A stretch of DNA of 17,399 nt from Octopus sinensis. Taxonomy: Eukaryota. The DNA is taken from NCBI RefSeq assembly GCF_006345805.1, contig NW_021824820.1:1-17399 (forward strand), read 5' to 3'. Of this stretch, positions 1 to 8,274 are shown in pieces. Under the pieces are notes generated by a model. It was not told where the DNA came from. It saw only the letters and a list, made by a program, of their open reading frames with translations, and searched no databases. How positions within the stretch are numbered: the stretch's first letter is position 1; the number at the start of each line of letters is the position of its first letter. The position numbers and the translations under genes were made by a program.

Positions 1-1083
1 TATGAACACACAAATAGCGAGCGGTGTTCCACAGGGCACTGTCTTGGGACCACTGCCTTTTATAGTGCCGTCTCAGATATGACCTCAAGTGCCTGGATAG
101 CCATCCTTGCAAGCTATGCAGATGATACGAAAGTCTCGCAGAAAATACAGAACCCCAGCGATGTTGCACACCTGCAGCAGGAGCTGGACGCAATTTACAG
201 ATGGGCTGAGGATAATATGCAGTTTAATGCTGAAAAATTCCAGGCCCTCCGCTACCAGCATCCAAAACTGAATATGAAACTTACAGGGTACACTGGTCCA
301 CAGGGAACTTTAATCCCAGAACCTGAAGTAGTGAGGGACCTGGGTATCGACATGAGTGATGATACCTCTTTCCAAGTGCACATTACCAGGTTGCCGACAA
401 AGTGCAGACGACTGGCTGGCTGGATCCTAAGAAAATTCAAAACCAGAGATAAGGAAACCATGATGGCCCTCTGGCGGACATTCGTCCTCAGCCGCCTGGA
501 TTTCTGCTCACAGATATGGTCACTCAAAAGTGTGAAATTAACAGCGGATCTTGAAACAATCCAGAGAAGATTCGCAAAGAAGGTCGTCTCTTTGCAACAG
601 CTCAGCTACTGGGAAATGTTGAAACAGCTAAGACTCTACTCCCCGGAGAGAAGATGGGAGAGGTATGCAGTAATATATATCTGGAAGATCCTGGAAGGAA
701 TTGTGCCAAATTTTGATATTGAAAGCTACACCAATACCGGAATAGGATGACACTGCATAGCGCCAAAGATCCCAGCAACGCCGTCGCCCTTCAGAACCAG
801 TTACTGCAACAGCCTGGGTTTCAGGGGCCCATAGCTTTTTAGTATTCTCCCAAAGAGCATGAGGAACCTGCACAAAGTGGATGTAGGGGGTTTTAAATGA
901 AAGCTGGACCTCTTCCTGTCGAGAGTCCCAGATGAACCTACCTCACGGCAAGAGGTGAAAATGAGGGTAGCTACATCAAACTCCATTCTTCACCAAGTGC
1001 CACATATTAGAGGAGGCTCTCAGTAATAACAGTGTAGTAAAACGGCGGTTTGCATCAGCATGGCCGCAGCTTGAGCTAAAATT

Positions 1084-1086
<3 letters not shown>
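1..1086 (+). mobile_element. Decayed non-LTR retrotransposon (CR1/Jockey group), 3' part: RT domain, ORF2 C-terminus and short 3' UTR; runs off the left edge
   Basis: Frame 2 gives SGVPQGTVLGPL (20-55). After a frameshift, frame 1 gives YADDTK...LQQELDAIYRWAEDNMQFNAEKF...VRDLG...SRLDFCSQIW...ERRWERYAVIYIWKIL. It continues through in-frame stops at 748, 832 and 898 (GP*LFSILP, KLDLFLSRVPDEP) to TAA at 1024-1026. The 3' end abuts (AT)n. Confidence 0.93.
2..1026 (+). pseudogene. Disrupted LINE ORF2 (reverse transcriptase) remnant
   Basis: RT motifs GVPQG and YADD; one frameshift near 66 and three premature stops. Confidence 0.9.
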
Positions 1087-1152
<66 letters not shown>

Positions 1153-1180
1153 TATTATGTAAGTATGTATGTATGTGGTG

Positions 1181-1241
<61 letters not shown>

Positions 1242-1345
1242 ATATATATAATATATATATCTGTATATATATGTATATATATATATGTATATATATGTTA
1301 TATATATATATTTATATATATATACATATATACATATGTATACAT
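1087..1345. repeat. (TA)n microsatellite with a degenerate extension
   Basis: Direct reading. Confidence 0.95.
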
Positions 1346-1419
1346 TAGAAGATATGTTGAATTGTATACGTTAGAAGATATGTTGAATTGTCTGAGATAA
1401 AATGTTTATATACGGTAAT

Positions 1420-1815
1420 AGTGACTGCACTCGCTCACATACATACACACACAATACTCATGCACACTATAGCGTCACATACACTATAGCACACGCTTCA
1501 TGCACAAACATACACACGTACGTACACTACTCGCACACGCACTCATTAGCTGTTACGCACATGCGTTTACAAAGACATGCACAGACACACACATACTAAA
1601 TATAGTATCATACACATACACCATATACAGACTCTCATATTCCCGCAGTTATACGCACACACACACTTAAATACACGGAACGCATCATTGCTCACAGCGC
1701 ACGTACTGGTTTACTTAAGCACATGCGCAGAGACGCTCCCATACGCTCACACAAGCTCACATAATCTTATGCTCTCCCCACGCATATATACTCATATGCA
1801 CTACTCTCACGTACA
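1420..1815. repeat. Degenerate (CA)/(CATA)-rich low-complexity tract
   Basis: Cryptically simple ACAC/ATAC sequence; the His/Thr-rich ORFs here are artefacts. Confidence 0.75.
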
Positions 1816-1819
1816 CCCT

Positions 1820-2048
1820 TCCATTGGCCTCTTTTTTCCGCTCGTCTAAACATATGAAGCCGTTAATCCCGACACATTTTTCACTCCTTTATTTTTCTCC
1901 CTTCATTTCCCCCTGCTCATCCCTTTCTGTCGAAGAGCGCCGGCTCGAAACGTCAAAGAATTTTTCATTCTTCCCGAGCGTTAAACTAGTACACCTGCTT
2001 GTTGTTCCGTCACCTGTCTCAGTCTTTTGTCTTTTTTCACTTGGACCC
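1820..2048 (+). mobile_element. Penelope-like element terminal (pLTR-type) remnant carrying a minimal hammerhead-like motif
   Basis: Contains CTGTCGA-A-GAGC-gccg-GCTC-GAAAC-GTC. The downstream ttcccgagcgttaaactagtac resembles ttcctgagcgtcaataatac in the 12519-12725 element. The PLE assignment rests on the known association of such motifs with PLE pLTRs. Confidence 0.55.
1923..1958 (+). ncRNA. Degenerate minimal type I hammerhead ribozyme-like motif
   Basis: Stem I CUUU/AAAG; core CUGuCGA (A6->U); stem II GAGC/GCUC; GAAA; palindromic ACGU as stem III; GUC triplet at 1952-1954. Confidence 0.55.

Positions 2049-2116
<68 letters not shown>
2049..2116. repeat. Compound (TA)n(TG)n microsatellite
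   Basis: Direct reading. Confidence 0.95.
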
Positions 2117-2119
<3 letters not shown>

Positions 2120-2261
2120 GTATAAGTTAGAGGTGTTTAAAGCCTCCAAGGGATAGATGTATCCAAAGGCACTCCTGGTAATTACCTCAGTAAGTTTAGT
2201 CCTTGGTATAAGGTATACGGCAGCAGGTAATTTAACAGGTAAACCGTAATTTAATTTATAT

Positions 2262-2403
2262 AGACGATAAGAAAATGGAGGAAAAATAACAATAAGAAGT
2301 GTGTCTTTTGCGCTAGGAAACCATTATTTAATTAGTTTAATTAGTTTTCCTAGCGCAAAATACACTTTTATTGTTATTTTTCCTCCATTTTGATTTTCTT
2401 ATC

Positions 2404-2407
<4 letters not shown>
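2262..2407. mobile_element. ~146 bp fold-back (palindromic) MITE-like element
   Basis: Left arm agacgataagaaaatggaggaaaaataacaataa...ttttgcgctaggaaac (2262-2321) is the near-perfect reverse complement of 2344-2407. Loop ~22 nt, AT-rich. Confidence 0.6.

Positions 2408-2456
<49 letters not shown>
2405..2456. repeat. (TC)n(TA)n microsatellite
   Basis: Direct reading. Confidence 0.9.
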
Positions 2457-2462
2457 CAAATG

Positions 2463-3035
2463 TAACATATTGTTCAATTGAGCTGCAACATGGCATGCGC
2501 AAAACATGCATATGGCATGAAACATTACCACTTGACTCCTAGGAGATGTCTGAGGCATTTTTTATGAAATCTCTCCAGCATTTTTATATGACACTTGTAA
2601 GTGGTCCATGTCTCACTTGAATAAAGAAGTGCAGACAATACTCATGCTTTATAGACACTGATTTTTGTCTGCAGGGAAATACCTCTCTCCGCCTATACTC
2701 GTTTTTCGAGCTTTCCAAATGCAACACTTTCCTTCCCTATTCGATAGTATATCTCTGCATCAAGACTACAATCTCTTGACAGTGTGCTTCAAAGGTAAAC
2801 AAAGGTGTCAACGACTTCTAACCTTGTTTCTTTCACGAAAATGTTTGGTTCAAAATATGTTTGTTCTGGCATGGGAGTAAACTTTACTTTGGTTTTCCTC
2901 AAACTAACTGTGAGTCCGAAATGTACACATGCAGTGGAAAATCTGACTATTAAATGTTGCATATCCCTCTGTGAGTGTGCCAATAGATCAGCATCATCAG
3001 CTTAAAGTAATTCTCTAACAAGTCTTTTGAAACTC
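2463..3035 (-). mobile_element. RTE-clade (BovB-like) LINE, inverted RT segment
   Basis: Minus strand reads KRLVRELL*ADDADLLAHSQRDMQHL...FGLTVSLRKTKV...LEVVDTFVYL*STLS...LLYSSETWTTYKCHIKMLERFHKKCLR, a typical RTE RT signature. Confidence 0.9.
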
Positions 3036-3912
3036 TTATTCAAATGAGACATGGACCACTTACAAGAGTTACATAAAGATGCTGGAGAGTTTTCATCAAA
3101 AGTGCCTCAGATATATCTTAGGCTTCAAGTGGGAATGTTTCATACCATATACAGAGGTTTGCGCATGCCACGTTGCAGTTCAATTGAACAATATGTTATC
3201 TAGGCTCAAATGAGATGGACTGGAGATGTTATTAGAATGAAAGATGAGCGTTTGCCAAAGCGTCGTTTTTATGGTAAGCGACCACAACATAAGCCGAGGA
3301 AAAGGTATAAAAACTGTGAGAAGGAAAACTTGAAGGAACTAGATATAAACAAAACTGGTTGAGAAAATGATGCTCTTGATCGGAACAAGTGAAGAGGTGC
3401 CAGGAGGACTGGTTGCAATGCCTTGGAGGAAAATATGATTCAGCACTCTGAACTTAAAAGGGCCTGTCGCAAAGAAACAATTAGAACTGTAAACAACAGT
3501 GAACGTTGGATATATATTTTATGTGACCGTGTTCTGTTGTCAAAAGCAGGGTACATGATCCATATGAAGTCACATGAAAATCGTAATGCCAAGATAGGTA
3601 ATGATTTTGGACACCAGTCACCTCTTACGACTTGTGTCATATGTCAAAAAACTTGTAAGACAATATCTGGACTTAAAAGACACATGCTAGTTCACAAAAG
3701 CATTCCTTCAGAATCAGATTCCAAAGGGCTAAGATATTGAAGAAACTTGAGTAATATCTGTCACTTGTGTTTCAAACCCTGTCAGTCAGAAGCTGGTCTT
3801 ATAACTCATCTAATGGCTCATCAACAGAGTGATTATACTGTGTGATGGGGTGTGGTGTGTGTGTTGATGGACGGCTATAATCTACCATGATAAAGCAATC
3901 ATCAATTATCAT
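3034..3912 (+). mobile_element. RTE-clade LINE 3' segment (post-RT region, C2H2 zinc fingers, short 3' UTR)
   Basis: Plus strand reads YSNETWTTYK...LESFHQKCLRYILG...AQMRWTGDVIRMKDERLPKR..G..RPQHKPRKRYK, then three Cx2Cx12Hx3H-type fingers and a stop at 3843-3845. Ends in a degenerate (CAT)-like tail before a TA tract. Confidence 0.88.
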
Positions 3913-4035
3913 ATATATATAATATATATTATATATATAATATATATATATATTATATATATATGAATAATATATAAATATATGCATATATACATACATA
4001 TATGTACATACCTACATCTATGTGTATATATACAT
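3913..4035. repeat. Degenerate (TA)n/(CATA)n tract
   Basis: Direct reading. Confidence 0.85.
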
Positions 4036-4775
4036 GCATATATGGGTACAGGACATCAAAAAAACGTTGAACACAATGAGAAATGAAAACATAGAAACAA
4101 AAACATAGAAACGAACTTTTTTTCGAACAACGAAAAAAACAGAGTACAAGACATACAACACAAGGAATATTTTCCTTCTTCAGTTGTCCCTGTTTCATCT
4201 ACACCGCGTTTCGAATAGGGAAGGGTGGGAGAGAAAAACCGGAAAGAATGAAGAACAAGAGAGGGAGAGAGATAGACAGAGAAGAAATAGTAAAGGAGAA
4301 GCGTGCGCATCCCCACCCATCCTTATTCTTGTCCTCTCCCCTTCACCGTTCCCTCTCTCTTACTCCTCCTCATCCCCCTCCTCCTCGACTCTTTCGTCAC
4401 TGACACGTGATCAGAGTGAAGCCATATTCCAACTGCTATCTTCACCAAGACCAGACCAGCTTATCCTGTCTCTTTCATAAGCTGTCTCCTTAAGCGTTCA
4501 GAATAATTTTTTCATCGTCTTGGTTTAACAGCCCTCATCGTTTGTTTTTACTGATTTGTTCTCATTGTTCTGTATTTTATTGTTTTTACTTTTTTATTGT
4601 TTTTAATGTTTTGTTCTTACTGTCCTGTTTTTGAAACTTTTTACCCTCCGCAAATAATCCCAAATTTTATTCAATTTGCTATGCGGGAAGGACTGCTTCA
4701 ACGAAGTCGCGTCCTGTCCTAACCTTCGAACATGGAGTAGATGAAACAAGGACAACTGAAGAAGGGGAATATCAT
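4036..4775. repeat. Interspersed-repeat-like region with a 48 bp inverted pair (4167-4215 and 4725-4772); family not identified, possibly Penelope-related
   Basis: The reverse complement of 4167-4215 (ttcgaaacgcggtgtagatgaaacagggacaactgaagaaggaaaatat) matches 4725-4772 (ttcgaacatggagtagatgaaacaaggacaactgaagaaggggaatat). Confidence 0.35.
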
Positions 4776-5129
4776 AGTCTAGTACTTGTTCTATCGGTTT
4801 CTTTTGCTGAATCGTTATGCCACATATGCTTAACTCCTTGTTGGGTCGTGGAATCGCCGTCGTAACAAATAGCATGTCATGGACATTTGTGACCTGTAGC
4901 AGTTTATCTCTTTCCAGGTTTGACCTCATTCAATTTCTTCCAAAAAGGGAGAAAGAGACAGAAATAAATAAATAAATAAATAAGACGAATCGACTCTAGT
5001 ACAGCACTGTTACTTTATTAATAACAGAGGGATGAAAGACAATGTTGATCATAGTGAGTTATGAACTCAGAGAGCAGTGAACCGGAATTTTTACAGGGAA
5101 GCGATCTATCCGACGCCGCCAATTGGCCG

Positions 5130-5397
5130 CCTACTCGCATACAGGTGTATATATCTGTGTATGTGTATTTGGACATATATTTGCGTATGTGTATATACAC
5201 ACATACACGCGCATACACACATCTATAATACACTCAGGTGTATATATACGCATACACATACACATACAGCGTATGTGTATGCGTGTACGCATATACACGC
5301 ACATACATATACATTGATTTACGTATAAGCAAATATACATAATAATTGTCTTCATACATAATATATGCACATATTAGTATATATATTTGCACGCAGT

Positions 5398-5428
<31 letters not shown>

Positions 5429-5443
5429 TATATAATATATATA

Positions 5444-5478
<35 letters not shown>

Positions 5479-5720
5479 AGTATATATATATATATATTAT
5501 ATATATATATATAATATATTATATATATATATATATATATAAGTATATATGAGTATTAAGCAAAATACACATACACACGCATATTCATACTAACACAATC
5601 ACTCACACACACATACAAACACAAACACGCACACATATATACATGTATACACACATATACGAATACTCAATGGTATACACACACAAAAACATACACACAA
5701 ACAGACCGTACTCGGATGGA
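5130..5720. repeat. Compound TA/CA/TG microsatellite field
   Basis: Direct reading. Confidence 0.9.
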
Positions 5721-5907
5721 CCCGCATAAATATATATAAACAGCGCGGCGTTGCATACTTCATTGGTTTCTCTCGTATTATTTCACTGATATTTTATAAA
5801 ATTACATTTATGATGCTTTCATTTGGCAAAAGTTAACATTACAGTTGGCAATTTATAAGAAACCGCAAACTTTCCCTACCCGATTCAGTCCTCCTCACCA
5901 CGTAAGG

Positions 5908-6112
5908 GCGCGCACGCACATCCACACAGGCATACACACGAACTCGCACACAAACACACGCACACGTACACGCACACGCATGCATGCATGCACACGAACT
6001 CGCGCACACATACACTCATTCATACGCATGTACACGCACATACATATATATTGATTTACGTATATGCAAATATATATATATAATAATTGTCTTCATACAT
6101 ACATATGCACAC

Positions 6113-6144
<32 letters not shown>

Positions 6145-6147
6145 TTT

Positions 6148-6238
<91 letters not shown>

Positions 6239-6316
6239 TACAGACACACACACTCACACACACACACACACACACCACACACACTATATATATATATATA
6301 TACACACACATACATA

Positions 6317-6398
<82 letters not shown>

Positions 6399-6432
6399 GC
6401 GCATGCAAATATACGCATATACATTGTATATA
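5908..6432. repeat. Compound CA/TA microsatellite field
   Basis: Direct reading; the YI/HT-repeat ORFs are artefacts. Confidence 0.9.
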
Positions 6433-6651
6433 CAAATTAGATTTATGAGTTTGCATCTTCGCATGGCTGCATCCGTTTTCAGAGCGAGACAGACAGACAG
6501 ACTATATCTGCGTTATATGGCAATAAAGATAAGTACACACATAAGAAGTTTTCCTTAAACACCAAAGTCGTGACTTTCGCTTGTTCCCTTAACACTTGCA
6601 TTGTCGCTAGTGTTCAGCGCTTGGTCGTTCCGCATTAAGCATACCTATAAT

Positions 6652-6822
6652 ACTTTTAACTATAAGCGCAAGGCCTGAAATTTTAGGGGAGGGGAATAGT
6701 TGATTACATCTATTCTAGTGCTCAGCTGGGACTTATTTCATCGACATTATAATGATGAAAGGCAAAGTCGACCACGGTCGACGAAATGCCACTAAGCATA
6801 TTTCCAGCGTTCTAACGATTCT
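6652..6822 (-). mobile_element. tRNA-derived SINE family 2, degenerate copy (tail type B, B box deleted, head truncated)
   Basis: Shares gatgaaaggcaaagtcgacc and gacgaaatgcc...gcgttctaacgattct with full copies. Lacks the ~27 nt ggaatttgaactcagaacgtagcggca segment. Confidence 0.75.
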
Positions 6823-7422
6823 TATTTCTTTATTACCCACAAGGGGCTAAACACAGAGAGAACAAACAAGGACAGACAAAGGGGTTAAGCCGATTAGATC
6901 GACCCCAGTGCGTAACTGGTACTTATTTTATCCACCTCCCGAGAAGATGAAAGGCAAAATCGACCTCGCCGGAATTTGAACTCAGAACGTAACGGCAGAC
7001 GAAATGCCTATTTCTTTACTGCCCACAAAGGGCTACACACAGAGGGGACAAACAAGGACAGACAAACAGATTAAGTCGATTACATCGACCCCAGTGCATA
7101 ACTAGTACTTAATTTATCGAGCCCCGAAAGGATGAAAGGCAAAGTCGACCTCGGCGGAATTTGAACTCAGAACATAGCGGCAGATGAAATACCTATTTCT
7201 TTACTACCCACAAGAGGTTAAACACTGAGAGGACAAACAAGGACAGACAAATGGATTAAGTCGATTATATCGACCCCAGTGCGTAACTGGTACATATTTA
7301 ATCGACCCCGAAAGGATGAAAGGCAAACTTGACCTCGGCGGAATTTGAACTCAGAACGTAGCGGCAGACGAAATACTGCTAAACATTTCGCTCGGCGTTC
7401 TAACGATTGTGCCAGCTCGCCG
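6823..7422 (-). mobile_element. SINE family 2 head-to-tail trimer (tail type A)
   Basis: Units start at 6823, 7009 and 7194 (186 and 185 bp periods). Only the rightmost has the 5' head GGCGAGCTGGCACAATCGTTAG (A-box-like). Each has a B box GTTCAAATTCC and the body gcctttcatcctttcggggtcgat (slightly degenerate in the leftmost unit). Confidence 0.9.
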
Positions 7423-7513
7423 ACTTCAGTAGACGTTTTGTTTGTAGTCTTGCTGCCTGTTTTTTTGTACCATCTCGAAAGATTACATTATCCATTAAAT
7501 ATTTCCATTGTTT

Positions 7514-7645
7514 CGAGATCGACTTGGTCTTTCATCCTTTTCGGATCGATAAATTAAAGTACCATTTGCGTACTGGGATCGATGTAATCGAGTGGCCCCC
7601 CTCTCCAAAGATTTCTGGCCTTGTGCCTAGAGTATAAAAGAACAT
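7514..7645 (+). mobile_element. SINE family 2, 5'-truncated copy (tail type B)
   Basis: gatcgacttggtctttcatccttttcggatcgataaatt...gtaatcga...ggccttgtgcctagagtataaaag. Confidence 0.8.
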
Positions 7646-7660
7646 ATCCATCCTTTCTTG

Positions 7661-7837
7661 AAGGCGGTGAGCTGGCAGAATCATTAACACGCCGGGCAAA
7701 ATGATTAGCGGCATATCGCCTGTCTACATTCTGTGTTCAAATTCTGCCGAAATCAACTTTGCTTTTCATCCTTTCGGGGTCGACAAAATAATTACCCCGA
7801 AACTATTGTCCTTGTGCCAAAGTTTGAAATCAGTATT
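7661..7837 (+). mobile_element. SINE family 2 copy with an internal deletion (tail type C)
   Basis: Head aaggcggtgagctggcagaatcattaacacgcc, B box gttcaaattc, body gcttttcatcctttcggggtcga, tail ccttgtgccaaagtttgaaat. Confidence 0.8.
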
Positions 7838-8234
7838 CCAATTCTTTGTGTAAGACGAAAGGTCTAGTGGTTTTCTGGGTGATTCAGCCGCTATTTCTTC
7901 TACAGCGTAACGCGAGGGCCATTGTTTAACTCTGGAGCCTTCATGATTAGGTATGTTTTGTAGTGGTTGGTTTGTAGGTAGTGACAAACAATATGAAGGT
8001 TAAATAGAGTTCTTTGTTTCTCTTCTCTATCTCCCTCTCTTTCTATATCGCTCTCCCCGTCTCTCCCACACATATATCCCAATTCAAAAATTCAAAAAAC
8101 CTGCTAATTTAGGAACTTGAGCAAGCGTGCTTTTCAGAGAAATTTGTCTGCTACTTCTCATCTGTGCAGCCGTTCTCAGAAATTCCCCAATCGGTAATTA
8201 AAGCTCGCTGTGTGTTAGTTCGTAGTTCCTGACA

Positions 8235-8235
<1 letters not shown>

Positions 8236-8271
<36 letters not shown>
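8236..8271. repeat. (TA)n microsatellite
   Basis: Direct reading. Confidence 0.95.

Positions 8272-8274
<3 letters not shown>

Noticed and set aside
79-750. 223-aa ORF as a functional gene
   Set aside because: Internal piece of a frameshifted, stop-containing LINE ORF2; its ATG is not the real start.
4167-4215. Third hammerhead (CUGAAGA plus an upstream GAAAC, as a type II permutation)
   Set aside because: No stem II pairing joins the two halves, and there is no NUH triplet with a valid stem I.
4603-4929. 108-aa minus-strand ORF
   Set aside because: No recognisable domain; overlaps the inverted repeat segment.
5984-6558. Long YIYI/HTHT ORFs here and at 1173-1849, 11561-12276, 12512-13206 and 16339-17334
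   Set aside because: Translations of TA, CA and TATG microsatellites, which lack stops in several frames; not genes.
6823-7422. CRISPR-like or satellite array
   Set aside because: The units are whole ~185-bp SINE bodies with no unique spacers, in a eukaryotic context.
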